From a virus (lineage: Duplodnaviria > Caudoviricetes): a stretch of DNA of 64,000 nucleotides. Position numbers and translations under genes: made by a program. The notes under the pieces were generated by a model that saw nothing but the letters and a program-made list of their open reading frames with translations, made no database searches and was not told the DNA's origin. Positions 10,747 to 21,341 of this stretch are shown here, in pieces; position 1 is the stretch's first letter, and every line of letters starts with the position of its first letter. The DNA is taken from IMG/VR virus record IMGVR_UViG_3300021400_000034, positions 96,001 through 160,000 of that record, one strand, 5' to 3'.

Positions 10747-11024
10747 AAATGACTGAGAGGATTCGAAGAATGACACAGGAAATAGAATTCAAAGAAAGCG
10801 AGTTCCTTGCAGAACTCAAGTCGGTCGTAGCAGAGATAGGCGGTGAGCTGACTATGTCGTACAATAGTGACGACATGTCATACGTCGTAAACTATACGAG
10901 GAACGGAATTCCGTTCAAGATTAGCCTTGAAGCGCTGGAAGCAGTGTGCAGCATAAATGGATCTGGAACTCTTCGTGAAACACTGCTTAGCGCGACCGAC
11001 TTGCATAATGATGAAGAGAGATGA
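10743..11024 (+). CDS. hypothetical protein
   Basis: packed ORF. Confidence 0.6.
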   Translation: MKMTERIRRMTQEIEFKESEFLAELKSVVAEIGGELTMSYNSDDMSYVVNYTRNGIPFKISLEALEAVCSINGSGTLRETLLSATDLHNDEER

Positions 11025-11349
11025 CGAAGAGCTCTGATTCTAAGATGTCATTCAGCGAGTTGACTACTGCTCTAGGTCAAACGACACAGTTGCTGAATTG
11101 CTGTCCTTATGGAAGTCAAGATTGGATCGAAATAAACAAGAGACAAGAACAATTATACAAAGACTTGAGAGATGGCAACTACCTATGACAAATAAAGAGC
11201 TGCGAGAGAAGCTAGAGAAGCTTCCTGACGATATGGATGTATGGAGCAAGATTGCAGACAAGCCTATCGATGAAGTCTATGATGAAAACAACTGCGATTG
11301 TGGCGAGTGGAAAACCGTCATAATGCTTGAGTAAGTATGAGGAAGAAAG

Positions 11350-11883
11350 ATGACGATAACTGATAAGCACATTCTGTTCTGGGGCCAGTGGCCCAGCAAC
11401 TTCGCATGGTCTCCTATAGAGACGGTCACGTTCGATGGAGACAGACGACGCTTCTTCAGCGTAGAGCAGTGCTACGCTTGGAGCAAGGCTCTGTACTTCG
11501 GCGACTTGGACACGATGAACCTGATCGAGAAGCTAGACTTCTACGAAGGAAGATCTGATCTCGCTAAGAAGCTCGGGAGAACGACTAAGGACTTTGACCA
11601 GGACGCTTGGAACGCTGTCTCTTACGACATCATGCTCAAGGCGTGCCTCAGCAAGTACAGCCAGAACAGAGTCTTGCTAGACAAGATCACTGATCCGGCT
11701 CTCGAAGGAAAGAAATTCGTAGAGGCTAGTCCAGTAGACATGATCTGGGGCATCGGACTTCGTGAAGCAGATCCGCTAGCAGACGACGAGAACAGCTGGA
11801 AGGGCGAGAACCGTCTAGGCAAGGTGCTCGACGAAGTCAGAAAGAAGCTGCTGGAAGGCTACAGGGAAGATCTGAAGTACTAG
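11350..11883 (+). CDS. NADAR (YbiA-like) family protein
   Basis: SNF, SVEQ, KA.YFGD, KKLGR, FVEASP.D.IWGIG and WKGENRLG motifs. Confidence 0.92.
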   Translation: MTITDKHILFWGQWPSNFAWSPIETVTFDGDRRRFFSVEQCYAWSKALYFGDLDTMNLIEKLDFYEGRSDLAKKLGRTTKDFDQDAWNAVSYDIMLKACLSKYSQNRVLLDKITDPALEGKKFVEASPVDMIWGIGLREADPLADDENSWKGENRLGKVLDEVRKKLLEGYREDLKY

Positions 11884-11897
11884 AATAAATAGCTTGT

Positions 11898-12731
11898 ATG
11901 CAAAAGAAATATCTCACTGAAGTTGTTCTTCTAACTAAGTCTTACAACTTGACCGACTTTAAAGACTGGTTGCACTGGCACTTGGACATCATCGGCTTCG
12001 ATCACTGCCACATCTTCGATAACGAGAGCTTAGTAGACATAAAGTCTGTCTGCGATCAGTATAAAGATAAGGTAAGCTATGAGCTAGTGAAAGGCTGGCC
12101 AGATCAGTATAACCTGTACAATAGATACATCAACAATGAGAGTCCTGCTTGGTGGGTTCTACCTATTGATGATGATGAGTATCTATACGTATCTGACAAG
12201 TATCAGAACAATATCGACGCCTTCTTGCTCAGCTGGTGTAAGTCACATAGAGACTGGAGCAAGATATGCATCGGCTGGAGAAATCTATTCCCATCTAAAT
12301 TCACCGATGAGAGAACGAATCCTCATAGGATTCTAAACGCTACTGCGTGGTCAAATGAGGCTAGTCAGGTATGGCAAGCTGGAAATAAACCTGTGAAGAC
12401 ATTTGTGCTCACTACACACAAATACGAGTGGTCTGACAGAATAGGCCACAGTACACATGATCCACTGATCGATGGAAGATACGAGCCAGGAAAGACCATC
12501 TATGGAACTGAAGTGAAGAATAGCTGGCAGGTAACGGCAACTCCGGACGATGCAGACTTGATTCTCTATCATTATCAGTTCGTATCCAACAAAGAGTGGC
12601 AGTATAAGTGCAAGAATCGAAAGAGCCCGGGATCTAAGACCTTCGTCAAGGACTTTCCGATCTTCTATTCTAAGCTTTACACATTTGCTCTAAACGAAGA
12701 CAATAGAGTCGTTAACTTATTCGAGAGGTAA
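11898..12731 (+). CDS. glycosyltransferase (GT2/GT92-like)
   Basis: WLHWH...GFDH..IFDNES, IDDDEYL and LYHY motifs. Confidence 0.8.
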   Translation: MQKKYLTEVVLLTKSYNLTDFKDWLHWHLDIIGFDHCHIFDNESLVDIKSVCDQYKDKVSYELVKGWPDQYNLYNRYINNESPAWWVLPIDDDEYLYVSDKYQNNIDAFLLSWCKSHRDWSKICIGWRNLFPSKFTDERTNPHRILNATAWSNEASQVWQAGNKPVKTFVLTTHKYEWSDRIGHSTHDPLIDGRYEPGKTIYGTEVKNSWQVTATPDDADLILYHYQFVSNKEWQYKCKNRKSPGSKTFVKDFPIFYSKLYTFALNEDNRVVNLFER

Positions 12732-12734
12732 TTT

Positions 12735-13556
12735 ATGCCGAGTTGGGAAGAGTATTGCTTATCTCAGGAGAGCAATATACAGAAGATGTTCCCTAACAAG
12801 AACATTAAGCATCCGTCAACATTCACCGAGAAGATACAATGGCTTAAAATACACGACTCGTCTTTTCTAAAGACATACTGCACTGATAAGATAACTGTTC
12901 ATGAATATTGTAAAAAGAAGTTAGGTAAAGATATATGCATTCCTATTCTGAAAGTCTATAATAATGTAGACGAGATAGATCTCTCGGAATTGCCAAAGTC
13001 TTTCGTAATTAAATGCAATCATGGAAGCGCAATGAATATAATCGTGGAAGACAAGTCGAAATTGAATTTATCTGAAGCGAAGATGAAACTTAAGAAGTGG
13101 CTAAATACTGACTTTTCAAAATTCAGTGAACTACATTATAAGCTAATTCCTAGAAAGATATATATCGAAGAGTTCAAATCAAATATCGGTAAATCTGATC
13201 TTACAGACTATAAGCTATTTTGTTTCAATGGAGTTCCTAGGTTTTGGCAAGTTATAACTGATAGACGAACGTCTGAGAAGATCTCTCATTATGATATGGA
13301 TTGGAAGTATGCTCCAATATATGACTGGAGAGATTATGGGTCGATCAGCAATATTCCAAGACCTGAGAATTATGAATTGATGGTCGAATATGCGAAAAAG
13401 CTATCTGCAGATTTTAAGATGGTTAGAGTAGACTTCTATGAAATAGACGGTATGGTGTATTTAGGCGAGCTGACTTTTACACCAGCAAACGGGAAACAGA
13501 TTTTTAAGAATTCTAATGCTGATAAGCTTATAGGGGATATGCTACAACTTCAATAG
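12735..13556 (+). CDS. TupA-like ATP-grasp protein
   Basis: FTEKIQWLK, FVIKCNHGS, DYKLFCFNG, VRVDFY and GELTFTP motifs. Confidence 0.9.
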   Translation: MPSWEEYCLSQESNIQKMFPNKNIKHPSTFTEKIQWLKIHDSSFLKTYCTDKITVHEYCKKKLGKDICIPILKVYNNVDEIDLSELPKSFVIKCNHGSAMNIIVEDKSKLNLSEAKMKLKKWLNTDFSKFSELHYKLIPRKIYIEEFKSNIGKSDLTDYKLFCFNGVPRFWQVITDRRTSEKISHYDMDWKYAPIYDWRDYGSISNIPRPENYELMVEYAKKLSADFKMVRVDFYEIDGMVYLGELTFTPANGKQIFKNSNADKLIGDMLQLQ

Positions 13557-14270
13557 TTTTTTCATTGTATAATAATCAGACCTTTTATCATAATGACGTT
13601 CATTTGATAGAGGTTCTATTTGATTATGAAATATACAAGCTATTGTATTAGATCTCTTTTGTACATGAAAGCCCAGAGGTATGTTTTTTATGTTATACTT
13701 TTTACATAATAAGGCATAAAGCATATCGTCTTCTGTTAATTTATATTTAAGAAATTCATTTAGAATTTCTTTATTAAAACCACTAAAAGCATTTGGTGGA
13801 AATAGAGTAGAATATCCACATAATAATTTAAGCCCAAATCTACTGACTGATTCTAGACCTACTCTTGAATTTTCATTTTCTTTCCATTTCTTGTATAGCA
13901 TCTCAGCATAGTTGCATGTGTAGATGCAGTCATCGTCAGCGCTAATGACAGGAACGTCGCGATACTTGTCCATCGTGAAGAGGACTTTCTTAAACGCTTT
14001 GTAGTTCTTGTAGACCCATAAGACTTCGATGAGATCGTTCTTGACAAACAACTTCAAGTTCGATGGAATCTCGTCCATCATCTTCGGAAACTCTTCCTCG
14101 CTGAGGACTAGAACGATGTGAAAGCCAGGGCACTGCTTGAGAAGGCTGTACAGTGTCTTTGATACGGTGTCGATCCTGGCCTTCCAAGACGTGAGGCTGA
14201 TAATTGCTTTTTCTCCAGCGTACTTCTTGCCGAAAGTTGGATAATTTTCTCTAGTGTATTCTTCTCTCAT
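13542..14270 (-). CDS. GT-A fold glycosyltransferase-like protein
   Basis: ISLTSWKARI, KAFKK and VISADDD motifs; paralog of 6960-7670. Confidence 0.7.
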   Translation of the reverse strand: MREEYTRENYPTFGKKYAGEKAIISLTSWKARIDTVSKTLYSLLKQCPGFHIVLVLSEEEFPKMMDEIPSNLKLFVKNDLIEVLWVYKNYKAFKKVLFTMDKYRDVPVISADDDCIYTCNYAEMLYKKWKENENSRVGLESVSRFGLKLLCGYSTLFPPNAFSGFNKEILNEFLKYKLTEDDMLYALLCKKYNIKNIPLGFHVQKRSNTIACIFHNQIEPLSNERHYDKRSDYYTMKKLLKL

Positions 14271-14321
14271 AGTCTATTTATCAGTAGATCCAGTCACCGC
14301 GATCTAAGTCGTAGTTGTTCA

Positions 14322-14645
14322 TCATCCCCATCGATTATTGACGAAGTCGTAATTTCTTTCCCACCACTCTTCGCTAGCTTTTCTTCTATTCTCTAGATCC
14401 CGAGATTTCTTCAACGCTTGCTTATAGTAGCCGTCGTACTTTGTGATGAGCTTCTTAGTGCTCAGCTCAGCTGGTCTTCCGATCCACTGTGGGTTGTCCT
14501 GAAGGAACTTGATCTGCTCGTCTCTCTTTTTCAGCCAGATCTCTGAGATCTCCTTCCACTCTTCTGCCGTTCTCGGCAACTTAGACTCTAGAATGAGAGG
14601 CTCAGATGCTAAGACGTCGATCGCTTCCTCAAATGACATCTTCAT
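14322..14645 (-). CDS. hypothetical protein with leader motif
   Basis: N-terminus MKMSFEEAIDVL. Confidence 0.65.
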   Translation of the reverse strand: MKMSFEEAIDVLASEPLILESKLPRTAEEWKEISEIWLKKRDEQIKFLQDNPQWIGRPAELSTKKLITKYDGYYKQALKKSRDLENRRKASEEWWERNYDFVNNRWG

Positions 14646-14776
14646 ATTGAAACCCTTTTCTAGTTGACTGACAGAATCTCTACTTCTGGACTGCCTTCAC
14701 TGAGAATATCGCTCAGAGCTTCGATGATCTCATCCTCGTCGTCCGGATTCTCTAGCCAGACAGTGTCTTGTCTAGC

Positions 14777-15673
14777 TTAGTCGCCCTGATACTTTGCTGT
14801 TCTATAGAACTCAGATGCGCCAGCCTGGAATGCGTCGTTAGCGTCAGCGCTCTTCTTAACTGCAGCTGCATCTTCTTCGTCGAGGAAGTCGTCAGCGTGT
14901 GCGAACTCGATAGCAGCGGGCATGAAGATGTCCATCGGAATGTACCAAGTGTTTCGGTTCTCGTCGCGGTATCTCTCTAGAGCAGCGCATGCCTTAGCCT
15001 TGCCGTTCGAGTTCTGGGCGAGAATTCTCAGCGCGTCGCTGTTTCCGAGAGTCACTTGCTCGATATTGATCGGAGTCTCGAACCGGAACGAGTCGACGCT
15101 GTTCTCGACTCTCATTGTGATCTTGTAAGGAATCTTGCTTCCGTCTAGCGGCTCAGCGCCAGGAAGGGCATCTTTGATATTCTTCATGAGCTCATCGAAG
15201 TCGTAGAAGTGATCAGCGTACTCGATCTTGACGATTTCGTATCCGTTCGCTACTAGCTTGTCGACAACCTTCCTCTTGTACTCTGGCCAGACTTCTAGGC
15301 ACTTCTTGTAGCGGTTGTAGATGTTCTGATTGTAGCGGCGTATCTCGGCGTCTCGTCCATCGTTCCGCACCTTCTCGTAGTGAGCGTTCGACAGGTAGTA
15401 GAGAGTCTCACGCTCTTTGCGGTCGAACAGGTCCTTGCCTCTTCTGTTAGCCCAGCCAGCGACGTCGTTGACTGCGAAAGGAGCAGCAGCGTCATCTGCT
15501 TTGCGCTTCTCTTCGTCTGTCAGCGGCTTCTTGCTGCGTTCGTATGAGAAGTCAGGGAAAGCGTCGATCAGCCTTCTAGCGGCAGCTTCTTTCTTGGTTC
15601 TGTCGAAAGATCTAGCTTCGGTGATGCTCATGCCGGATCTTCTGATAATTCTTAGCGCTTCGTGTAGTTTCAT
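14777..15673 (-). CDS. putative internal virion protein with leader motif
   Basis: MKLHEALRIIRRSGMSITE; ATAAATA upstream. Confidence 0.7.
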   Translation of the reverse strand: MKLHEALRIIRRSGMSITEARSFDRTKKEAAARRLIDAFPDFSYERSKKPLTDEEKRKADDAAAPFAVNDVAGWANRRGKDLFDRKERETLYYLSNAHYEKVRNDGRDAEIRRYNQNIYNRYKKCLEVWPEYKRKVVDKLVANGYEIVKIEYADHFYDFDELMKNIKDALPGAEPLDGSKIPYKITMRVENSVDSFRFETPINIEQVTLGNSDALRILAQNSNGKAKACAALERYRDENRNTWYIPMDIFMPAAIEFAHADDFLDEEDAAAVKKSADANDAFQAGASEFYRTAKYQGD

Positions 15674-15692
15674 AATTTCCTCTTTTTATTTA

Positions 15693-16661
15693 TCACCAGA
15701 GACGGAAACGACTTCTACTGCGTCTACCATAGGATTTCTCACCTCCGAGATAGACAGAGTCCCATTCCTTCACGACGTCTCTCTCGAACAGGTTATCCAG
15801 GTAGCTGCCCTTGAATGCGCTATTTCCAGCATAGCTCACAGGTGTCAGCTTCTCTCTGGCGAGCTTCTCTGGATCGAACTTGTACTCGACCCACTTTCCT
15901 TGTCTGTTTCCTTCCTCTACGTCTTTCTTGAGCTTGTTGAAGCCTTCATCCGTTAGATAGTAGAAGTACTTGTGTCTTCCTCCGCCTGGCTCGCAGAGAA
16001 CAATGTGATTTCCCTGAGTCGCTTTGATCGCCGCAGCCTTCTCTTCTCCAGTGTCTTCTAGCTCATCCGTCTGACCGAACTTGTTTAGCTTCAGATAAGG
16101 GAACTTGCTCATCAGCTCTTCGCACTTCGCGAGCCAGATGCCGTGATGACCGTCTTTGCCCATCGACCTCGTCAGAGCGTTCCACCATCTTCTGCTTCTC
16201 GCCATGCCGTAGGCGTTAGCTCCTCTGATGTCTTCTCGGTCGATCTGTTGGTACGCCCACTGGTGAACCATCTCGTGAACTAAGACGTTTCTGAACGTCT
16301 GATAGTTTCGAACGTCTTCGTTTACTCGTATAGCCGAGCAGAATACCTCGTTCTTTCTAGGGTCATAGTCTGACGTGCACTTTCCAAGCGATCCAGACTT
16401 GCTCGGCATAAAGAAGCGTGGTTCTTTCAGCGTCCCTTCGAAGTACTTCTTGTTGAATATGCTCCACTGAACTTTGATGAATCCTGTGCTGACGTCGACT
16501 GGAGCTGCAGGATCAAGCTCTTTAGGTCCCCTAGGATTCTCTGATGAAGATGATGCAGCTTCAGCCTTTCTCTTCTCGCGACGATCCTTAGCTCTCGCTC
16601 TTCTCGCTTCTCTCTGCTCGGGAGTCAATTCTCGCTCAAGAATCATGTCTAGAAGGCTCAT
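15693..16661 (-). CDS. SprT-like Zn metalloprotease-domain protein
   Basis: FNKKYFEGTL, LVHEMVHQW and DGHHG motifs. Confidence 0.8.
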   Translation of the reverse strand: MSLLDMILERELTPEQREARRARAKDRREKRKAEAASSSSENPRGPKELDPAAPVDVSTGFIKVQWSIFNKKYFEGTLKEPRFFMPSKSGSLGKCTSDYDPRKNEVFCSAIRVNEDVRNYQTFRNVLVHEMVHQWAYQQIDREDIRGANAYGMARSRRWWNALTRSMGKDGHHGIWLAKCEELMSKFPYLKLNKFGQTDELEDTGEEKAAAIKATQGNHIVLCEPGGGRHKYFYYLTDEGFNKLKKDVEEGNRQGKWVEYKFDPEKLAREKLTPVSYAGNSAFKGSYLDNLFERDVVKEWDSVYLGGEKSYGRRSRSRFRLW

Positions 16662-16927
16662 TCTACCACCTCCGGTCCAGCATCACGGTCGACGTAGACG
16701 GCGAGCCATACGCGCTCTTTAGCCGTCTCTAACGGGATGTCCTGATCGAAAGCCTCGAACATGACAGACTCTAGCTGGTCTAGATCGGGGCTGAAGTTCT
16801 CTTCCTCAGCCTTCTTCAAGACAGCTTTGCGCAAGGCGCTGATGTACTCAGCTTCCTTCTCCTCGACCTCGGTCAAGAACTGGACGCCTAGGTTGACCAA
16901 TTTGGTCAAAGATTCAGATAATCTCAT
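16658..16927 (-). CDS. hypothetical protein
   Basis: coupled to the downstream gene; GGAG RBS. Confidence 0.6.
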   Translation of the reverse strand: MRLSESLTKLVNLGVQFLTEVEEKEAEYISALRKAVLKKAEEENFSPDLDQLESVMFEAFDQDIPLETAKERVWLAVYVDRDAGPEVVE

Positions 16928-16946
16928 AAAATCTCCACTATAGGGG

Positions 16947-16975
16947 TTTAGAAAAGCTTCTGTTTTATTTATATT
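16947..16975 (+). promoter_or_regulatory. sigma70-like early promoter
   Basis: TTTAGA-N17-TATATT followed by AAGGACC RBS. Confidence 0.75.
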
Positions 16976-17006
16976 GTCTATGTAACCTCAACAAAAGGAC
17001 CAAACT

Positions 17007-17435
17007 ATGACCGGTAAAGAAAACATCGACAGATACGTCGAGGCGAGCAAAACGCTGGACAAGCTCTATGACTTGACGTACTGGGTAGCCAACAAGCTCG
17101 GTTCGATATATATCAGCGGCGCAGGATATTACGAGTTCAAGGGTATCGAACGGAAAGGTGACCGGTACGAGATCACGGTCGACTGGACCGTGTCGGGCGA
17201 AACTAATTACGGCGAGACGTTCACGGTTCCTGCAGAGCTGTGCGAGAAGTGCTTCTGCAAAGAGACACGAGACGAAGCGTATGCAGAACTGAAGAAGATC
17301 AAGGACGAGGAACGCCGTATTCGCGAAGCCGAAGAGAAGGCCAAGTTCGAGAAGGCGCAGGCTGAACAAAAAGCCTTTGAGAAGGAACGTCGTCGCAAGC
17401 AATACGAAGAGCTCAAGAAGGAATTCGGAGAATAA
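17007..17435 (+). CDS. hypothetical early protein
   Basis: follows promoter and RBS. Confidence 0.75.
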   Translation: MTGKENIDRYVEASKTLDKLYDLTYWVANKLGSIYISGAGYYEFKGIERKGDRYEITVDWTVSGETNYGETFTVPAELCEKCFCKETRDEAYAELKKIKDEERRIREAEEKAKFEKAQAEQKAFEKERRRKQYEELKKEFGE

Positions 17436-17440
17436 TCTCT

Positions 17441-17668
17441 ATGAAGAAACTGCAAAAGTTCGCTAAGAAGATTGAAGAAGAGCTAGATCTCGACGGAGCT
17501 GAAGTCGAGATCATCACTACCTCGCTCGACGGCATACCTCGTGTAAAGGTGACCTGGCGAGGGATCAGCACTGACTTCACTTCGGAGAATATTGACAACT
17601 TCAATGTTGAAGAGTTCCGTGAGGCGCTCGTCGCTGAAGACGTATTCAGGAAAGGACTCGGAATATGA
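17441..17668 (+). CDS. hypothetical protein
   Basis: packed ORF. Confidence 0.6.
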   Translation: MKKLQKFAKKIEEELDLDGAEVEIITTSLDGIPRVKVTWRGISTDFTSENIDNFNVEEFREALVAEDVFRKGLGI

Positions 17669-18078
17669 GCGAACAAACGATGTCGAAAGAAGAATTTTCA
17701 GCTATATGCAAAGAGTGTGGACTTGAGGTCGAATATACCAAAATTGGTCCAGGAATGGACAATGTCGTAGCATACGTATCGTCACCTATGCTCAGAGACG
17801 GCAGATCTTCCTTTGCATGGTGGAGCAACTATGTTCTCTCGAACCACGGAATCTTCTATGGATTCTATGAAGCTCTATGGCGAGAGACGAGCACTGGAAA
17901 GTATACGCTGAACGGAAACGATCTAGGAGACTGCTTATCGTATGTCAATGATGAAGACGAACTCCGTGAAGTTTGTCTCAATGCGATTGATGCTTTGAAA
18001 CGACTTGAAAGAGACGAGTCATATCGGCCAAAGCATATAGACTTGAACCGAGGAAAGTATGAGCGAGAAAAAGAATAA
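17665..18078 (+). CDS. hypothetical protein
   Basis: ATGA overlap. Confidence 0.65.
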   Translation: MSEQTMSKEEFSAICKECGLEVEYTKIGPGMDNVVAYVSSPMLRDGRSSFAWWSNYVLSNHGIFYGFYEALWRETSTGKYTLNGNDLGDCLSYVNDEDELREVCLNAIDALKRLERDESYRPKHIDLNRGKYEREKE

Positions 18079-18213
18079 TAAGCTTTCGAAACCTATCTAT
18101 GCGCTGTATGGCGGACAACCTATGAAGCTGCCGCAAGATCTGATCCTGCTAGACTTCGCTTTGCGTGAGCTCAAACACGCAGGATACGATGGAGACCTGT
18201 ACGCGGACGCGAA

Positions 18214-18690
18214 GTGCAAGCGCTCGCTCGGACCTATGAAGAAATACCTTTAAGGAGACAAACAATGACAACACTATCCTATCTTCTCTTACTCGCTCCA
18301 GCCGCTGAAGGACTATGCATCGCGTGCGGACTCATGTCGGGAATTCTCGCTCTCGGCGGAGTCATATACATCATCTACATGTGCGGAGGCTTCAACACAT
18401 ACAACAATGATGAACCGCCAGCTGGAACTAGCAAGAAGTGGCCAGTGATCGCGTTCACGCTGACTATCGTCTTCGCTCTCATGGCTGCGATCATGCCAGA
18501 CCGCAAGACCGTCTACATGGTCGCTGGCGTCGAGACGATCAACCGCTTCTCACAGACTGAAGTCGCTAAGGAGCTCGGCGAGAGCGGAATGAACATCGTG
18601 AGGGACATCACGACGATGATCCACACCTACACGATGGACGCAGTCCGCGAGTCTAAGGCGAAGAACGGAGGCAGCGATGGCAGAAATTGA
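18214..18690 (+). CDS. membrane protein (start probably at internal MTTLSY)
   Basis: hydrophobic segments; AAGGAG before the internal ATG. Confidence 0.65.
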   Translation: MQALARTYEEIPLRRQTMTTLSYLLLLAPAAEGLCIACGLMSGILALGGVIYIIYMCGGFNTYNNDEPPAGTSKKWPVIAFTLTIVFALMAAIMPDRKTVYMVAGVETINRFSQTEVAKELGESGMNIVRDITTMIHTYTMDAVRESKAKNGGSDGRN

Positions 18691-18767
18691 AAAGATGGGT
18701 TACAAGGTTCAGCTTTGTAAAAATGGCTCTGGCAGACTTGAATCTATCATAGTGAGGTGGTAAACTG

Positions 18768-19100
18768 ATGAGTACATGGAGAATTAAGGAAATCTTCAGT
18801 CCGAAGTACAATATGACGCTGTATATCCCGCAGCAGAAGGGGCTGTTCTTCTATAGCAGCTTCCCCTATAGTGAATACTGCGAATACATCGAGAAGCGGC
18901 ACAATATGACTGGCGAATTCGAGCTGGTCAAAGGGGACGGTCTTGATAATCGTGTCGGCTTCAAGACAGTTGAAGGCGCGAAGCGGATGATCAAGTATTA
19001 CCGAGAATACTGGTGGATTGTCGCCGAACACGAGAAGGCCGAAAAAGAAGCCCGGAAGAAGGGCAAGAAGTTCAAGAGCAGATACATCGTTGTGGACTAA
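18768..19100 (+). CDS. hypothetical protein
   Basis: GAGG RBS. Confidence 0.65.
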   Translation: MSTWRIKEIFSPKYNMTLYIPQQKGLFFYSSFPYSEYCEYIEKRHNMTGEFELVKGDGLDNRVGFKTVEGAKRMIKYYREYWWIVAEHEKAEKEARKKGKKFKSRYIVVD

Positions 19101-19127
19101 TGAAGAAACCTAAACACGGAGAAATAT

Positions 19128-20081
19128 ATGACCTCTGACAAAATCCAAGACATCATCGACCAGAACATCCAGCGTAGGCTGTCGAGCCGAGCGAACCTGC
19201 TCTTCTTGAAGCTCTGCATCAGCTCACTCTCTGAGAAGATCTGGATCGCTGGAAACTCTCTGAACGCTGGCGAGTGCCACGACATCGACGTCTTCTTCCC
19301 TAAGAAAGGCTACGGACTCGGAGGCTGGAACGAGGAAGAGATCGACCTAGACGGAATAGAGAACTGCATCGATGAGTACAACAAAGAGTTCTCCGAGAAG
19401 ATGGGCAAATGCGAGATTCTGCACACGAGCCAGAACGCTATCACGGCCGAGTTCAAAGGAGTCAAGTACCAGTTCTGCAAGTACCAGAAAGAGACGATCC
19501 AGGAGCTCGTCGAATCGTTCGACTACGCTCACATTCAGATCGGGTGCGTGGTTGACTTCGAAGAAGATGGAGAAGAGAACGAGCCCAAGGTCGACGAAGT
19601 CTACTGCACTGACGCTTATCTAGAGGCGCTGTTGACGCACCGGACGTGGTACGTGGGTTCTGACTATCCGCTAGGATCGATCTTCAGAGCAGAGAAGTAC
19701 AAGCGCTACGGCGAGATGCACAGCAGCGAGTACAAGAAGTCCGTCGTGAAGGCTCTCACTGACTTGATACGTCGCGGCTACAAGGACTACCAAGACTTCA
19801 AGGACTCGATCGGCGCAATCGATCTGCTGCTCTTCGACCGCTCTACGTCTGACTGCCTCTTCCACTACTTCGAGGCTTGCGCCGAGCGTGGTCTGGTCGC
19901 TTCGATCAAGTCTGGAGATGAGGAGAAGCTGGACCAGTGGCAGTTCGAATCGATGATGAATGATGAAGAGTTCCAAGATCCGAATATCAACCAAGAGAAG
20001 ACTCTAGACCTAGAAGAGCTCTTCGCTCCACCGAAAGAAGAACCTAAAGAAGAATCTAAAACCGAAGAGAAGAAAGAATGA
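19128..20081 (+). CDS. putative nucleotidyltransferase (Pol-beta/CCA-head-like)
   Basis: WIAGNS...HDIDVFF and LVESFDY motifs. Confidence 0.6.
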   Translation: MTSDKIQDIIDQNIQRRLSSRANLLFLKLCISSLSEKIWIAGNSLNAGECHDIDVFFPKKGYGLGGWNEEEIDLDGIENCIDEYNKEFSEKMGKCEILHTSQNAITAEFKGVKYQFCKYQKETIQELVESFDYAHIQIGCVVDFEEDGEENEPKVDEVYCTDAYLEALLTHRTWYVGSDYPLGSIFRAEKYKRYGEMHSSEYKKSVVKALTDLIRRGYKDYQDFKDSIGAIDLLLFDRSTSDCLFHYFEACAERGLVASIKSGDEEKLDQWQFESMMNDEEFQDPNINQEKTLDLEELFAPPKEEPKEESKTEEKKE

Positions 20082-20413
20082 AGTTCGATGAAGCCAAAGA
20101 GATCGTAGACGAGTTATGGAAAGATCAACCAGATCTTGTCGTATTCGGAGTGAACGAATTCAACAATCCCACGTTGAGCGTCTCTTACGGGACTAACAAC
20201 AAGCAGTGGTTCAACATGGAGAAAGGTCAACACGGCTGGGACCTCTGGATCGACAACAGGTTCATCACGTACCGCATGTACACGCTCGACATTCGTCTTG
20301 AACCTGTGAAGATGAAGATGAGAAGCATAATGCTCAGCAAGCTTCAACCCGACATGCTCAGATCCTTCTTGATGGGTCAATTAGCGCTAGCTGCTGTTGC
20401 GCAAAGAAAGTAG
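20078..20413 (+). CDS. hypothetical protein
   Basis: ATGA overlap; N-terminus resembles 21652-21969. Confidence 0.65.
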   Translation: MKFDEAKEIVDELWKDQPDLVVFGVNEFNNPTLSVSYGTNNKQWFNMEKGQHGWDLWIDNRFITYRMYTLDIRLEPVKMKMRSIMLSKLQPDMLRSFLMGQLALAAVAQRK

Positions 20414-20443
20414 ATCAGAGTACGCGTATAGGCTACAATAATA

Positions 20444-20470
20444 GACCGAGATTGAAGTCTCGGTCTCTTT
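20444..20470. terminator. intrinsic terminator between convergent genes
   Basis: GACCGAGA-ttgaag-TCTCGGTC followed by a T run. Confidence 0.65.
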
Positions 20471-20474
20471 ATGT

Positions 20475-21302
20475 TTAGATGAAGTTCTTGATCAGTCCGA
20501 GCTCTTTCGACAGAGTCTTGGATATGTCGTCGAACACAGCAGTGATCTCGCTGTAGTCTTCGAACTTCTCGCCAGTAGCCTGAACAGTGTCGATGAAGTC
20601 TTCGATCTCTTCTACGGCTTCTTGAGCTTCGAAGTTCATAGAGTCGGCCTTCATCTCGCTCTGAAGGTTGAATCTGATGTTCTTTCCGCTAGCCAAGCAG
20701 ACTTCGACGAGCTCATCTGCGAAGTCTCTCAGAGCGTCGTAGATCGCCTCGAAGTGCGTGTGCTGGAATCCGGACTGGCAGCACCAGTGCCAGCAGTGAA
20801 CCTGGTCAGCGAACTGGAGTGACTTTCCAGCCAGCTCATATAGCTCTTCTACGTTAGCCTCTTCGAGATAGCTCTCGTTGATAGCTCTCTTTCCGGATTC
20901 CTTAAGAATCTTCATGGCTTCGTCCATTGACATTTCTTCTTTCATAACTTCCTTCCTATGCTCTCTTAATTTTGTCTTGAGTGAACCGAGATCGTCCACG
21001 AAGAATTTCGTTTCTTGCAGCTTTGACGGATAACCGTAGTAGTGAACTGCATAAATGACGTACTTGTAGCTGAAGTCTCTTATGAATCCGAGCTCGTCTG
21101 GTTTGTCATCGCCTACGTGATTGACTTCCTCCCATGAGCAGAGATTGACAGGGTCTACTCCACGAATTGCCCAGCCTAGACAAGTTAGCTCGAAACCGTC
21201 TCCGTGAAGCTTATTTGATGAGTGAACGGCAGCGACTCCACCGTTGCCCATGCTGTCGACTAGTTTATGTGCTGATTTAAGTGCTGAATCTACAAGACTC
21301 AT
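20475..21302 (-). CDS. protein with C-terminal ferritin/Dps-like domain
   Basis: HCWHW...HTHFEAIYDAL..FADELVE; internal leader motif; TATAAATA upstream. Confidence 0.65.
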   Translation of the reverse strand: MSLVDSALKSAHKLVDSMGNGGVAAVHSSNKLHGDGFELTCLGWAIRGVDPVNLCSWEEVNHVGDDKPDELGFIRDFSYKYVIYAVHYYGYPSKLQETKFFVDDLGSLKTKLREHRKEVMKEEMSMDEAMKILKESGKRAINESYLEEANVEELYELAGKSLQFADQVHCWHWCCQSGFQHTHFEAIYDALRDFADELVEVCLASGKNIRFNLQSEMKADSMNFEAQEAVEEIEDFIDTVQATGEKFEDYSEITAVFDDISKTLSKELGLIKNFI

Positions 21303-21341
21303 TCTCGATTTCCTTATTCTCTTTATTTATATCCGCTCGGG

